A stretch of 64,000 nt of DNA from an uncultured Chloroflexia bacterium (GCA_963823925.1 CAWGNI010000007.1:27333-91332); one strand, 5' to 3'; positions 29,771 to 41,704 are shown, counted from the first letter of the stretch. Notes: generated by a model from the sequence alone, not told the origin. Numbers and translations are program-made.

Positions 29771-31237
29771 ATGTCACGGACAAGGACGCTCCGCGTCGAC
29801 TCGGGTCACTCGCGCCTGGCCGTCCTGCTCGGGGTCGTCCTCGTGGTCGCGGCCTGCGGCTCGAGCCAGGGCTCACCCGTCCCGTCGTCCACGGTGGCGC
29901 CGGCTCCGTCGTCCACGGTGGCGCCGAGCCCGTCACTCGTCCCGTCGTCGAGCCCCGTCGCCGGTGTCGACGCCGTGTACGACACGATCGAGCAGCAGGT
30001 CGTGGCGATCCGCGGGCTGTCGCCGAAGCGACCGGTCGAGCGGGCGTTCATCGATGCGAACGAGCTTCGCTCGATGCTGACCGAACAGTTCGACACGGAG
30101 ACGCCACCGGCCTACCTGGCCGCGACCGAGCGGCTGTACAAGGCCCTCGGGGTCATCCCGGCCGACTCCGACCTGCGCGCCTTGAGCCTCGACCTGTTGA
30201 GCGGCGGGGTGGCCGGCTTCTACCGGAACGACCAGGGCAAGCTCTACATCGTGTCGTCGGACGGCGAGCCGGGCGCGGCCGAACGGTTCTACTTCTCGCA
30301 CGAATACGACCACGCGCTCCAGGACCAGAATTCGACGATCTTCACGGACCAGGACGGGATCCTGGACCAGAGCGACCGGATCCTCGCCCGGCAGGCGATC
30401 TACGAAGGTGACGCCACCCTGGTGATGACCCAGTGGGCGGCCGGCAACCTCAGCCAGACGGATCTGCTCGAACTCCTCAGCGCGGCGAGCGACCCTGCCG
30501 CCACGGCCGTGACCGATCGGACGCCGCCGTTCATGGTGGACACCCTGGAGTTCCCGTACACGACCGGGCTCGGCTATGTCTCCGCCGTCCAGGCCAGCGG
30601 CGGTTGGCCCGCCGTCAACGCCTACTTCGACCGGATGCCCGAATCGACCGAGCAGATCATCCATCCGGAGAAGTACACCGCGGCCGAGGCGCCGATCGCG
30701 GTGACGTTGCCGGCCGATCTGGCGACGCGACTCGGGGCGGGTTGGAGCGTGCCGCTGGAGGACACCTTCGGCGAATTCCAGACCCGTGCCTGGCTGTCCG
30801 AGTCGGGGGTCCCGACGGCCACTGCCACGGACGCTGCAGCGGGCTGGGGCGGTGACCGCCTGGCCGTGATCGAGGGTCCGAACGGGGCATGGGCCGTCGT
30901 CATGAAGACCGTCTGGGATACCGCGGCGGATGCGACCGAGTTCGAGGCGGCGGCCACGACGGCGATGGGCCAGGTCCTGGGCGTCGGCCAGGTGCTGCCC
31001 GGGGCTGGTGGCACGACGAGGTGGGTCCTGATCGCGAGCGACAGCGACACGGCCGGCTCGGGTGGCCGGGGTCCTCGGGCTCGCTGGCTAGCGCGACACC
31101 CCTACATCGACTCGGGGGCGGAGATCCCGAGCAGCCCCAGCACGTTCGCCAGCGTGATCCTGGTCGCCTCGGCCAGGGCGAGCCGCGACGCGGAACGTTC
31201 CGGTGCATCCGGATCCACGACTCGCGCATCGCGATAG
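29771..31237 (+). CDS. Lipoprotein with an HExxH zinc-metalloprotease motif
   Basis: From ATG 29771: MSRTRTLRVDSGHSRLAVLLGVVLVVAAC (lipobox VAAC), a Ser/Pro linker, then FYFSHEYDHALQD (HEYDH). The last ~50 codons look like junk and overlap argS. The true end may be TAG 31089-31091 after a 1-nt shift near 31055. Confidence 0.65.
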   Translation: MSRTRTLRVDSGHSRLAVLLGVVLVVAACGSSQGSPVPSSTVAPAPSSTVAPSPSLVPSSSPVAGVDAVYDTIEQQVVAIRGLSPKRPVERAFIDANELRSMLTEQFDTETPPAYLAATERLYKALGVIPADSDLRALSLDLLSGGVAGFYRNDQGKLYIVSSDGEPGAAERFYFSHEYDHALQDQNSTIFTDQDGILDQSDRILARQAIYEGDATLVMTQWAAGNLSQTDLLELLSAASDPAATAVTDRTPPFMVDTLEFPYTTGLGYVSAVQASGGWPAVNAYFDRMPESTEQIIHPEKYTAAEAPIAVTLPADLATRLGAGWSVPLEDTFGEFQTRAWLSESGVPTATATDAAAGWGGDRLAVIEGPNGAWAVVMKTVWDTAADATEFEAAATTAMGQVLGVGQVLPGAGGTTRWVLIASDSDTAGSGGRGPRARWLARHPYIDSGAEIPSSPSTFASVILVASARASRDAERSGASGSTTRASR

Positions 31238-32829
31238 AACCCGTGGAAGGTCGTCGCGAGATCGGTCGCATAGGCCGTGAGTCCAAGCGTTTCCTCGGCC
31301 GCGACGGCATCCTCGACGATCTCGGGGAAGCGGACGATCGCCCTGGCCAGGGCGGCTTCGGGCGCGCCGGTCAGCGACCCGACGACATCGGGAGCGGGTG
31401 CCAGGCCGGTCGACGCGGCCTTGCGCAGGATCGACGCGATCCGGGCGTGGGCATACTGGACGTAGTAGACCGGGTTCTCGTTCGTCTGCTTCTTGAACAC
31501 CTCGATGTCGAAATCGATCTCGGTCGTCACCGCCCGCGATGCGAAGAACCAGCGGGCGGCATCGGGGCCGACCTCGGTGAGGAAGTCGTCGAGGGTGACG
31601 AAGTCGCCGCGCCGCTTGGACATCGAAACCTGGCCGCCATCGCGCACGACGTGGACCCAGGCGTACAAGAGGATCTGGACCGCCTCCCGGTCATATCCCA
31701 TCGCACCCGCGGCGTTGCGCAGACGGGCGACCGTCCCATGGTGGTCGACGCCCCAGATGTAGATGAGGTGGTCGAAGCCGCGGCTGAATTTCTCGGTCAC
31801 GTACCCGAGATCCGCGGCGAAGTAGGTCGGCTCGCCGTTCGATCGTAGGATGACCCGGTCCTTGTCGTCACCGAACGTGGTCGACCGGAACCAGAGCGCC
31901 CCGTCCAGCTCGTAGACGTGGCCGTTCGCCCGGAGTCGCTCGACCGCACGGGTGACCCAACCCTCGTCGTGGAGCCGCGCCTCGCTCGTCCAGACATCGA
32001 AATGGACCCCGAGGGCCGCGAGGCTCGCCTCGATACCCGCGCGTACGCGCCCGGCCGCCCACTTGCCGATCAGCCCGTCGGTATCGGCGTCCGGTGCGGT
32101 CGCCGCGTCCCAGACCGGCCCGGGGAGCGACGTGACGAGGTCATCGACGTAGGCGCCCCTGTACCCATCCTCGGGGATCGGATCGCCGCGCCGAAGGGCA
32201 GCGACCGTGGCTCCCAGGTTCCGGATCTGTCCGCCTGAATCGTTGAAGTAGTACTCGCGGGTGACCCGCTGTCCGCCGGCTTCCAGGACCCGGCTGAGGA
32301 GATCGCCGATGAACGCCCCACGGGCATTGCCGACGTGGAGTGGCCCGGTCGGGTTCGCCGACACGAACTCGACGTTGACGGCCCGGTCGGCGCTCGTCGC
32401 GACTCGACCCCAAGCGCCCGGGTCGGCCAGGATCGTGGCGATCGTCGCTTCCAGCGCGCCATCGCGAAGCCGCATGTTCAGGAACCCCGGAGGCGCGACC
32501 TCGGCCTTTGCGACCGGAGAGACCGCCGACCGTTCGAGGCCGGACAGGCCGACCCCGGCCTTGTCCAATTCGGCCGCCAGCGCGGTCGCGATCGTGATGG
32601 GCGCCATCCGGTACGGCCGGGCGAGACGCATCGCCAGGTTGCTGGCGAAATCGCCGTGGGCTGTATCGGCCGGGCGCTCGACCTCCACCTGCGGGGCGGT
32701 TGCCTCGGGTGGGAACGGCGGCAGGGAGCCGGCCTCGATCGCGTCCGCCCAGGCGCGGCCGACTGCCGCCCGGACGTCGGTTCGGATCGGCGCGGTCACG
32801 GGCGACTTGGGATCGGACACGAAGCGCAT
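31102..32829 (-). CDS. argS: Arginine--tRNA ligase
   Basis: 575 aa from ATG 32827-32829, with [14 protein letters not shown] (HIGH-type) and [13 protein letters not shown] (KMSKS-type). The upstream part of ORF 31102-33012 is not coding-like. Confidence 0.9.
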   Translation of the reverse strand: MRFVSDPKSPVTAPIRTDVRAAVGRAWADAIEAGSLPPFPPEATAPQVEVERPADTAHGDFASNLAMRLARPYRMAPITIATALAAELDKAGVGLSGLERSAVSPVAKAEVAPPGFLNMRLRDGALEATIATILADPGAWGRVATSADRAVNVEFVSANPTGPLHVGNARGAFIGDLLSRVLEAGGQRVTREYYFNDSGGQIRNLGATVAALRRGDPIPEDGYRGAYVDDLVTSLPGPVWDAATAPDADTDGLIGKWAAGRVRAGIEASLAALGVHFDVWTSEARLHDEGWVTRAVERLRANGHVYELDGALWFRSTTFGDDKDRVILRSNGEPTYFAADLGYVTEKFSRGFDHLIYIWGVDHHGTVARLRNAAGAMGYDREAVQILLYAWVHVVRDGGQVSMSKRRGDFVTLDDFLTEVGPDAARWFFASRAVTTEIDFDIEVFKKQTNENPVYYVQYAHARIASILRKAASTGLAPAPDVVGSLTGAPEAALARAIVRFPEIVEDAVAAEETLGLTAYATDLATTFHGFYRDARVVDPDAPERSASRLALAEATRITLANVLGLLGISAPESM

Positions 32830-33108
32830 GGTACCCGCTGGACGGCCCACGTCAGTCGGGGCGCCATCGGTACTACGCGAGTACTGGTCGCAACGTGCGG
32901 ATGCACTGGCGCCGCACCCCGTGCCCGATGGAAGTCCAGTGCCGTCTCGTGCGGTTCGATGGGGTCGATAGGGCGTCATTCGTACTGGACAAGGGTGGGT
33001 ACTCACCCGCATGATTACAGCGCACTAATAGCGTCCGCAGGTACGGCTCGCCTCATTGCCCATCATCCACGCCGTCCGTACCTGACAAGAGTGGGGAGAC
33101 TATCGAAC

Positions 33109-33927
<819 letters not shown>

Positions 33928-33976
33928 GGGGTAGCACCAGCCGCCGGTATCGCCGGCGAACGAACCCGGTTCTGAC

Positions 33977-34010
33977 GAAGGCCCGGCTCCACTGAGGGAG
34001 CCGGGCCTTC
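33977..34010 (+). terminator. 14-bp perfect stem-loop after paralog 1
   Basis: GAAGGCCCGGCTCC-actgag-GGAGCCGGGCCTTC. There is no U-tract. Confidence 0.5.
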
Positions 34011-34296
34011 AGATTCGACCGGTGGATCAGCGACGGCCCGGTCAGCTGGCGCCACAGGTCCTGGGCAGGTCCTGGTGGCGGTGTTCCGGTGCACCAATTT
34101 CGGTGGTTTGGTCCGTTGCGGGGTGGTGCCGACAGGGGGGTTCCGGGGCGGTCGGACGGTCGCCATCGGTACTAGACAGGCCCGGTACCCGGCCACATCA
34201 TCGAGTTCGCACTCATGACTAGCGGACTACGAACGGGCTGCCGCCAGTCGATCATCAATTCGGCCCGTACCACGTCAGAATCGGGGGATATCGAAC

Positions 34297-35226
34297 ATGA
34301 AGATCCGGAGAATCGGAGCGGTCGCCAGTGCGGCACTGCTCACACTCGGTGCGATCGGTGTGGCTTCGGCTGCGTCCGTCGAGCCGATCTTCCACGAAGG
34401 CAACATCACCGCCGACGGAACATATGCCGCGGCCTGCCCCAAGGGCAGCAGTGCGCTCGAGATCGCGGCAGGTGTCGGCTCCGGAGCGCTCGGTGCAGCC
34501 ACGGTCCACGTGACCTATCACGATGACAACACGATCGATTTCTCCGTCACCGGTGGTGCCGTCTCGGTCGCGTTCGTCAAGGGTGGCGACGCCTACAACG
34601 AATACGACTACTCGCCCGCCGCCACGTCGGACACGGACCTGGTGTCGCCGCTCAATGGTGGCAATCAGGTGCCGGCCGTGAGCCATACGGTCTTCTGTGT
34701 CGCCGAGGACGAGGTCCAGCCGACCCCAACCCCGACGCCGACGCCGACGCCTACACCCACGCCGACCCCGACGCCGGAAGTGACGCCGACGCCGACGCCT
34801 ACACCCACGCCGACCCCGACGCCGGAAGTGACGCCGACGCCGACGCCTACACCCACGCCGACGCCGACACCCACCCCGACGCCGACGCCTACACCCACGC
34901 CGACGCCGGAAGTGACGCCGACGCCGACACCCACGCCGACGCCGACACCCACGACACCCACCCCGACGCCGACGCCGACGCCGACGCCTACACCCACCCC
35001 GACCCCGACGCCCACGCCCACGCCTGAAGTGACGCCGACGCCGACCCCGACATCCACCCCGACCGGTGGCGTCGAGGCAGCGACCGACGTCCCGACAGCT
35101 CCGCCGACCGACGTGGCCGGTGGATCGACCAGCGGAACGAATGACATGCTGCCGATCCTGTTCCTGATCTTCGGAGCGGTCGGCGCCGGTGCCATCGTCC
35201 TGACCCCCAGCCGGCCTCGCCGCTAA
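34297..35226 (+). CDS. Secreted Thr/Pro-repeat protein, paralog 2
   Basis: 309 aa: [27 protein letters not shown]... It has the same domain order and the same C-terminal ...[35 protein letters not shown]. Confidence 0.7.
   Translation: MKIRRIGAVASAALLTLGAIGVASAASVEPIFHEGNITADGTYAAACPKGSSALEIAAGVGSGALGAATVHVTYHDDNTIDFSVTGGAVSVAFVKGGDAYNEYDYSPAATSDTDLVSPLNGGNQVPAVSHTVFCVAEDEVQPTPTPTPTPTPTPTPTPTPEVTPTPTPTPTPTPTPEVTPTPTPTPTPTPTPTPTPTPTPTPTPEVTPTPTPTPTPTPTTPTPTPTPTPTPTPTPTPTPTPTPEVTPTPTPTSTPTGGVEAATDVPTAPPTDVAGGSTSGTNDMLPILFLIFGAVGAGAIVLTPSRPRR
34719..35066 (+). repeat. Coding Thr-Pro repeat, longer than in paralog 1, with an exact 48-nt internal duplication
   Basis: GAAGTGACGCCGACGCCGACGCCTACACCCACGCCGACCCCGACGCCG occurs twice in tandem (about 34777-34872). 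Confidence 0.8.
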
Positions 35227-35275
35227 GGGGTAGCACCAGCCGCCGGTATCACCGGCGAACGAACCCGGTTCTGAC

Positions 35276-35309
35276 GAAGGCCCGGCTCCACTGAGGGAGC
35301 CGGGCCTTC
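35276..35309. terminator. Second copy of the 14-bp stem-loop, between convergent genes
   Basis: The sequence is identical to 33977-34010. It lies between the stops at 35226 (+) and 35340 (-). Confidence 0.5.
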
Positions 35310-35339
35310 AGATTCGTCCGATGGATCAGCGACGGTTGG

Positions 35340-35744
35340 TCAGCGGATGCCCGTGTCGTAGCTGAACTCGAGGACCGCGGTCGCTGGCGGGCCGACAACG
35401 ACCGGTTGCGACGGCGGTGTACCGAGCAATCCGTCGACGGGCCCCGGTCGCACGACATAACGACCCGCCGGGACACGTACGCTGAACGAGCCGTCCTGCT
35501 CGGTCGCGACCCGCGCCACCTCAGACCCTGCTTCGTCCACGACGATCAGCAGGGCGCCCACGACGGGGCGAGGTGCACAGTCCGGGTCGGGCGGGACGTG
35601 CTCGACGGGACAGACTGGACCCGCCATCGCGTGTCCGGTGATCTGGAAGGCATCGCCGGCAGAGGACCCGCTGGATCGGCCGCAGCCGGCGGCGATGACG
35701 ACCATGACGACGATCGCGATCAGGCTTCCCGTGCGCTGCTTCAT
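35340..35744 (-). CDS. Small lipoprotein (beta-sandwich / carboxypeptidase-regulatory-like appearance)
   Basis: MKQRTGSLIAIVVMVVIAAGC (lipobox AAGC)...DGSFSVRVPAGRYVVRP. Confidence 0.6.
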   Translation of the reverse strand: MKQRTGSLIAIVVMVVIAAGCGRSSGSSAGDAFQITGHAMAGPVCPVEHVPPDPDCAPRPVVGALLIVVDEAGSEVARVATEQDGSFSVRVPAGRYVVRPGPVDGLLGTPPSQPVVVGPPATAVLEFSYDTGIR

Positions 35745-35821
35745 GGTTGTCGGACGATGAGCCGTCGATCGAGGTTCCGAGGGAGTCCGGATCCAGGGCG
35801 AGTCTGCGACCCACGAACCGA

Positions 35822-37247
35822 TCAGCCTGCCGCCACCGTGGCCACGGTCCCATCGGCGATGGCCGCCAGGAAGGCCGCGTAGTCGCGCTCGTTCTGGTCT
35901 GCATACGTTTCGGCGAAATCGGCGATGGCACCATCGAACGTATCCGACGTCCCGAGATAGGCCGCGATCGCAACGGCGTCCCCGGTGCGCGCGTGAGCCC
36001 GGGCCAGGGACTGCGCGCAGAGCGCCCCGTAGAACTGCATCCCCGCGGGTCGCAGGGTGCTTGTATCGACGGATCCCTTCATGTCCCAGAGCTGCCTGAA
36101 GTAGAAGTCGCGACCCCCTGGCCCGCGCGTCCAGCCGAGGAAGATATCCGGCGTCGCCTGCATCAATCGCTGGCCGACCACGACCCGCTCCCCGTGGTTC
36201 TCGTAGCCGCTGTTCTCCAGGTACGGTTCAAGGACGGATGCCGTCGCCTCTTTCGCCTGGAGCAAGAGTGGATCGTCGCGGTCTCGACCCTCGAGCAGGA
36301 TGACGAAGCAGCGGGTCCCGACGCTCCCGACGCCCACGACCTTGAGGGCGAAATCCACGAACTGGTATCGCTCGATCAGTTCCCGGCGACTTGGGGCCAG
36401 GGTGGACCGATAGCCCTGGAAGGTCGCGTCGAGGCTGGAGGCCCCACCTGGAAGATCGATGTGGCTGACGATCGGCGGATCGTCGACGATCCGCCAGGTC
36501 CCGTCCACCACTTCGGTCAAGGCGCCCATCGCCTTCATCTGGTCCTTGCCGCGTGCCTTGTTGAAGAGGGCGTCGATCCGCTGCTCGGGAGGACTTGGCG
36601 TCGAACGAGCTCCCTCGGATCCCCTTCTCGATCTCCGCCTCGATGTCGGCTGCGGTCGTCTGGTCGTACCAGATATCGAGCAATCGCATCGTGGCGTACC
36701 GCGCCATCCGTTCGCGATACCCGGCGACCGTGGCCATCACGGACGCTCGCGTCTCCTTCGGCACGAATCCGTTGGCCCGGGCGGCGATGACGACGCTCGC
36801 CGCGAGTCGCTTCACGTCCCATTCCCAGGGACCCGGCAGCGTTTCGTCGAAGTCATTGGTATCGAACACGAGCGCTCGTTCCGGCGAAGCGAACAGACCG
36901 AAATTCGACAGATGGGCGTCGCCGCTCGCCTGCACCGTGATGTCCGACCTCGGGGTCGTGGAGAGGTCGAACGCCATCACGGCCGGCGCCCCGCGGTAGA
37001 ACGCGAACGCGGAGGCCGCCATCCGCTCATGGCGCAAGGGGACCAGCTCCGGCAGCCGATCCGCCTCCTGGGCCATGATGATCCCGATCGGGTCCCGGTC
37101 CGGCCCGAATGCCACGGTCGCCTGGCTCGTCCTGGGCGCCTGCTGGCGAGCAGCCTTCCCCAGGGCGATCCTTTCTTCCACCGGCACCCATGGGCGCGGC
37201 GTCCAGCCGCCCGATCGAGGTGGCGGTGGCGCCCAGGCCGCCTCCAC
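35822..37247 (-). pseudogene. DUF2252 family protein, one frame break
   Basis: ORF 36228-37247 contains FAFYRGAPAVMAFDL...VQASGDAHLSNFGLFASPERALVFDTNDFDETLPGPWEWDVKRLAAS. ORF 35822-36538 contains VVGVGSVGTRCFVILLEG...FYFRQLWDMKGS. The junction is at a CCC run near 36575. Confidence 0.7.
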
Positions 37248-37393
37248 CTCTCTGCGTCGTCGGCGTGCGGGGCTTGGCCGTCCGGCGACGGGCTGTGCTG
37301 GTGCGTCTCGGTTCGGTCACGCTGCGAAATCTAGCAGGTCATTGTCCGCGACACATCCGGGATCGCGAACGCCCTTCCGCGTACCATCTGCAG

Positions 37394-38536
37394 ATGAGCG
37401 CGACCTCGGACGAAGCCATCCCCGCAGCATCGATCCCGACGACGAAACCCCCGAGTCGCCGCGATGCGGTGCTCCGCATCGGCGTCGTGGTCGGCGTCCT
37501 GGTGGTCGTCTTCGGGATCATCCTGCCGCGGTACATCGACTATTCAGAAGTCGTCGCGGCGCTACAGGCGGTCACCATCCAGGAGTTCGCGATCGTCGGG
37601 ATCTTCGGACTTCTGGCCTGGGTGCTGACCGGTGCCGTCTTCACGATGCTCATCCCGGGGCTCGGCCTGCTCCGCGGCCTGCAGTCGTACCTGATCCTGA
37701 CCGGGATCGGGGCGAGCATCCCGCTCGGTCCGTGGAACATGGCCGTGCTCTGGGTGGTCATCCGCGGGTGGGGCCGTCCTGCGTCCACGACGACCAGCGG
37801 CATCCTGCTCTACGGGATCTTCGACCAGCTGAGCCGGTTCGGCCTGATGTTCCTGGCCGGACTCCTGCTGATCGTCGCGGAGGCCGCGAACCGCGGCGTG
37901 TCGGTCGAGACCGGTCTGATCGTCGGCTACCTCGTCGTCGGCGGTCTCCTGTTCCTCGGTCTCGGCGTCGGCATGATCCTCGTCGTGCGCTCGGAGCGTC
38001 TGGCACGAAAGCTCGGCCGGCTTGCCGAGCGAATTGCCGGTGTCGTCCTGCGCCGGATCGGGCGAGCGGTGCCCGACATGGAGGGCGCGCTCGTGCGGTT
38101 CCGGGTGACGCTCGGCGACGCCGTCCGCCAACGCGGATGGTCGTCGTTCAGCGTGGCGATGGCCTCGAAGTTCGCCTGGGTACTGCTCATGATCGTCTCG
38201 ATGCGGGTGGTCGGGGTTTCGTCGCAGACCCTGCCGGACGCGATCATCGTGGCGGCCGTAGCCGGCGTCTTCGTGATCACCGTCCTGCCCATCTCCCCGG
38301 GCGGGGCCGGTGTCCCGGACCTGCTCTACATCTCGTTCTTCACGACCTACACGGGTGGAAAGGATTCAGACCTGATCAGCGCCGGGGTCATGCTCTTCCG
38401 CGCCTTCCAGTGGTTCCTCCCGATCCCGCTGTCGTGGTTGTTGCTGGCCGTGTCGCGGCGAGGCAAGCCGCTCCTGCCCACCAAGGCCGAATTCCAGGGT
38501 GGGACCGAACCGGCGCCGAGCCCCGCCAGCGCGTAG
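37394..38536 (+). CDS. UPF0104 / lysylphosphatidylglycerol-synthase-TM-like (flippase-like) membrane protein
   Basis: From ATG 37394, about 380 aa, multi-TM, ending ...VLPISPGGAGVPDLLYISFF.... Confidence 0.6.
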   Translation: MSATSDEAIPAASIPTTKPPSRRDAVLRIGVVVGVLVVVFGIILPRYIDYSEVVAALQAVTIQEFAIVGIFGLLAWVLTGAVFTMLIPGLGLLRGLQSYLILTGIGASIPLGPWNMAVLWVVIRGWGRPASTTTSGILLYGIFDQLSRFGLMFLAGLLLIVAEAANRGVSVETGLIVGYLVVGGLLFLGLGVGMILVVRSERLARKLGRLAERIAGVVLRRIGRAVPDMEGALVRFRVTLGDAVRQRGWSSFSVAMASKFAWVLLMIVSMRVVGVSSQTLPDAIIVAAVAGVFVITVLPISPGGAGVPDLLYISFFTTYTGGKDSDLISAGVMLFRAFQWFLPIPLSWLLLAVSRRGKPLLPTKAEFQGGTEPAPSPASA

Positions 38537-38723
38537 CCCTGCCACTCGGCCCGCTGGGGCCGACCGGACGGCTCTGGTCAACTGCGCCCGTGTGAACCGA
38601 GCATGAGCGTGGCACTTTCGGCCGCGCTGCCGCCTGCAAGGACGCGATGGAGCGCGAAGACCCATACCCGGGCGTGCATTCGGGTCGTACCATCGAGTCG
38701 TCCATCAAGGGAGGTTGGATTCC

Positions 38724-39236
38724 ATGGATGACCGGTTGTATCGGTCCCGGGATGATCGGATGCTGGCCGGTGTCGCGGGTGGCCTGGCTGAACACTGGGA
38801 CGTCGACCCGTCGCTCGTGCGCATCGCCTGGGTCTTCCTGGCGATCTTCACCGGCGGTCTCGCCCTGGTCGTGTACATCGTCATGGCGATCGTCGTCCCG
38901 GAGCAGGATCCGGGAGGTTCGCCGGTGGGTCGCGCGACCGCCCGGGCGGCGCGCCATGAAGCGAGAGCGGCAAGACGTGCGAACCGACGGGCACGACGCG
39001 CCGCGGGCGAGCGGCCGATCGGTGGCGCACTCGTCTTCGGCGGGCTGCTCATCATCGTCGGGGCGACCTTCCTGGTCAGGGAGTGGTGGCCGCAGATCGA
39101 CTTCGACTGGCTCTGGCCGATCGCGCTGATCGTCCTTGGGGTCGTCGTCCTCGTCGCCGCGATGGGCAGGCGAGATCGCCCGGGTGAGCCACCCGACGCG
39201 ACCGGTCCGTCCGGGGCGTCCGGAGAAGGTTCGTGA
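38724..39236 (+). CDS. PspC-domain membrane protein
   Basis: AAGGGAGG lies 9 nt upstream of ATG 38724. Contains RLYRSRDDRMLAGVAGGLAEHWDVDPSLVRIAWVFLAIFTGGLALVVYIVMAIVVP. Confidence 0.8.
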   Translation: MDDRLYRSRDDRMLAGVAGGLAEHWDVDPSLVRIAWVFLAIFTGGLALVVYIVMAIVVPEQDPGGSPVGRATARAARHEARAARRANRRARRAAGERPIGGALVFGGLLIIVGATFLVREWWPQIDFDWLWPIALIVLGVVVLVAAMGRRDRPGEPPDATGPSGASGEGS

Positions 39237-40198
39237 ATACGGCGCGTCGCGGGCCCTTGATCGGCGCGACATGGCTGATCGGGATCGGGGTCATCTTTCT
39301 GGTCCAGCGGGGCATGGACTGGTCCTGGAGCCGGGCCTGGCCGATGTTCGTCATCGTCGCCGGTGTGGCCATGCTCGTCGGCGTCCTGGTTCGCGGCTAC
39401 GTCGGAGCGAGCACCCTCTGGTCGCTCACCTGGCCGCTCGTCTGGATCGTCGTCGGCGTGCTCCTGCTCGGGAGTACGACGGGCTCGTTGCAGGCGGCCC
39501 CCGGCGACCTGATCGCCGAATGGTGGCCGTGGGCGCTGGTCGTGCTCGGTGTCTGGTTCGTGATCGGTGCCCTGGTGACTGGGGGCCATCGAGTGGAGGC
39601 CCTGACGGTTCCCCTTGGCGACGCAAAGCAGGCCCGCGTCCAGATCAAGTTCGGCGGCGGAGAACTGGTGACCCATCGGGCAGCTGCCGGAGCGCTCGTC
39701 GACGGGTCGTTCCAGGGCGGGGTGCTTCACCGGCTGAGCGGGCCGGGTCAGGTGGACTTGCGACAGGACCTGGATGGGGGCGTTCCCTGGTCCGACGGTA
39801 GGTCACGCTGGGACGTCGGCCTCACCGCCGAGGTGCCGCTGGACCTGCGGCTCGACGTCGGCGCCTACCGAGGCACGGTCGATCTGCGAGAGCTTCGGAT
39901 CGCGTCTCTGGAGATCCACACCGGTGCGAGCGATACGATGCTCCGGCTGCCCCGCTCCGCCGGGGTCACGACGGTCCGGGCCGAGGTGGGAGCGGCGTCG
40001 ATGACCCTGGAGGTCCCCGCGGGTGTCGCGGCCCGGATCCGGACCCGGATGACGCTCGGGACCAGTCAGGTCGATGAGGCGCGATTCCCGCGGGTCGGCG
40101 ACGTCTACCAGTCGGTCGACTACGCCACGGCCGCGAACCGCGTCGACATCGATGCGCAGGGTGGGGTCGGGGCGATCAAGGTCGTCGGCGGCGCCTGA
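39233..40198 (+). CDS. Membrane protein with a C-terminal toastrack-like (LiaF/LiaG, DUF2154/DUF4097-like) beta-rich domain
   Basis: Four N-terminal TM helices, then repetitive beta-strand segments (DLRLDVGAYRGTVDLRELRIASLEIHTGASDTMLRL...VRAEVGAASMTLEV). The GTG start overlaps the pspC-like stop. Confidence 0.55.
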   Translation: MNTARRGPLIGATWLIGIGVIFLVQRGMDWSWSRAWPMFVIVAGVAMLVGVLVRGYVGASTLWSLTWPLVWIVVGVLLLGSTTGSLQAAPGDLIAEWWPWALVVLGVWFVIGALVTGGHRVEALTVPLGDAKQARVQIKFGGGELVTHRAAAGALVDGSFQGGVLHRLSGPGQVDLRQDLDGGVPWSDGRSRWDVGLTAEVPLDLRLDVGAYRGTVDLRELRIASLEIHTGASDTMLRLPRSAGVTTVRAEVGAASMTLEVPAGVAARIRTRMTLGTSQVDEARFPRVGDVYQSVDYATAANRVDIDAQGGVGAIKVVGGA

Positions 40199-40246
40199 CG
40201 CAGGGTCCAGCGGAAGTGCCCGGAGCGGGCCCGCTCGTCATCGGGC

Positions 40247-41635
40247 CTAGGCGCCCCGTGCCGCAAGGCGATCGCGGATGCGCGTCCGTGAGGCACCCCG
40301 GTGTCGCTCGATAAGGTCGAGCGTGAGGGCGGCACTCCAGCCGAAGCCGTCGCTCCCGTAGCCCGTGCCCTCCTCCGGATCGAAGTACTCGCGGAAACCG
40401 GACTTCTCGACGAGCCGGAGGCTGCTGGCGACGATGTCGTCGGTTTCCTCGTCGTGGCCGTGCTGGTGCAGACCCGACCAGAGGAGCCAGTTCGTGTTGA
40501 TCCAGATCGGACCGCGCCAGTAGCGGCGCCGGTCGAAGTCCTGGCCGAGGAGGTCGTAGCTGGGGACGACGAACGCGCGCGCCCGCTCCGGGTGGAACGC
40601 GGCCGAGCGGAGGTCGGCCATGATCGCGGCATGCTGCTCGCTGGGCAGGTCGGGGTCGAGGACCGGCGCGAAGGCGACGATCGTGTCCTCGACGCCGCGC
40701 TCCATCGTCCGGACGTCGAGCGCGGCGAAGCGGCGGGCCTCGGGGTCCCAAAGGTGCGTCAGGAGCGCCGAGTGGATCCGCTCCGCGGCCTCGCGGTGCG
40801 GCGTCGGATCCGCCCCCACGATGTCGGCGATCTCGGCCAGCGCGTGGGTCGACCACAGATAGATCGAATTGAAGAGGGGCTCGGCGATCGTGAATGGCAC
40901 CGCCTCGGTGAGCCGCGCGTCGTCGTAGCCGGTGTCCCGGTAGCGGACGACGAGGTAGACGAAGCGATCGTATGCCTCGTTCGACGGCCGGTCGGCCGGG
41001 TTCGCATGGGCGAGGTCGTGGCGCTCGTACGGTGGCAGCGAGCCCGGCGGGATCTCGAGCTCGGTCAGGTCGCGATCCCAGACCGGCGAGTTGTCGAGGC
41101 CGGTCTCCCACGGGTGCACGACGGATGCCAGCCCGATCCCGGTCGGGTCGCGATCGCGGGCGAGATAGCCGTGCTCTGCGGCGAGGCGAGGGTAGAGCCA
41201 GCGGAGGAAGGCGACCGATGAATCCTTGTCTCGCGCATGACGGTGCATCTGCAGCGCGGCCTGGGCATGGATCGGCGGCTGCGTGATGCCGGATGTCTCG
41301 ACGTCGCGGGGTGCGGCCGGAGATCGGGTCGAGGTTTGCCAGAACGTGGGGCCGGGGAAGTAGGCATCGTCGGGCACGCTTGGGTTGAACACGATCGAGG
41401 GGACCTTGCCGTTCGCCCACTGTGCCCCGAACAACGTCCGGAGTTCCTGCTGCGCTCGCTCCTGGTCGTACCACGATCGGCCGATGGCCATGAACGCCGA
41501 GTCCCAGCTCCACTGGTGCGGATAGAGCGACTTCGACGGCAGCGTGGACGATCCGAGCCAGTTCTCGTCGAGCACAGCACGGGCGCCGTCGCGCACGCGT
41601 GCGATCCGTTCCTCCAGGGACCCGCTTGCCTCCAT
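40247..41635 (-). CDS. GH63-like (alpha/alpha)6 glycoside hydrolase; resembles glucosylglycerate/mannosylglycerate hydrolases
   Basis: 462 aa with LYPHQWSWDSAF, HPWETGLDNSPVWD and YWRGPIWINTNWLLW. The assignment is from recalled family motifs, not a search. Confidence 0.55.
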   Translation of the reverse strand: MEASGSLEERIARVRDGARAVLDENWLGSSTLPSKSLYPHQWSWDSAFMAIGRSWYDQERAQQELRTLFGAQWANGKVPSIVFNPSVPDDAYFPGPTFWQTSTRSPAAPRDVETSGITQPPIHAQAALQMHRHARDKDSSVAFLRWLYPRLAAEHGYLARDRDPTGIGLASVVHPWETGLDNSPVWDRDLTELEIPPGSLPPYERHDLAHANPADRPSNEAYDRFVYLVVRYRDTGYDDARLTEAVPFTIAEPLFNSIYLWSTHALAEIADIVGADPTPHREAAERIHSALLTHLWDPEARRFAALDVRTMERGVEDTIVAFAPVLDPDLPSEQHAAIMADLRSAAFHPERARAFVVPSYDLLGQDFDRRRYWRGPIWINTNWLLWSGLHQHGHDEETDDIVASSLRLVEKSGFREYFDPEEGTGYGSDGFGWSAALTLDLIERHRGASRTRIRDRLAARGA

Positions 41636-41704
41636 GCGCCCCAGTCTACCGGGCGCGGAGGCCGTGCATCCGGCTGCACGCCCCCTCAGCCTCGTGCCAG
41701 GGCG

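Noticed and set aside
33962-33972. GAACCCGGTTC downstream of both Thr/Pro-repeat genes as a LexA-like box
   Set aside because: The spacer is 3 nt rather than 4, and it lies in a 3' flank next to a terminator hairpin. It is more likely part of the duplicated terminator structure.
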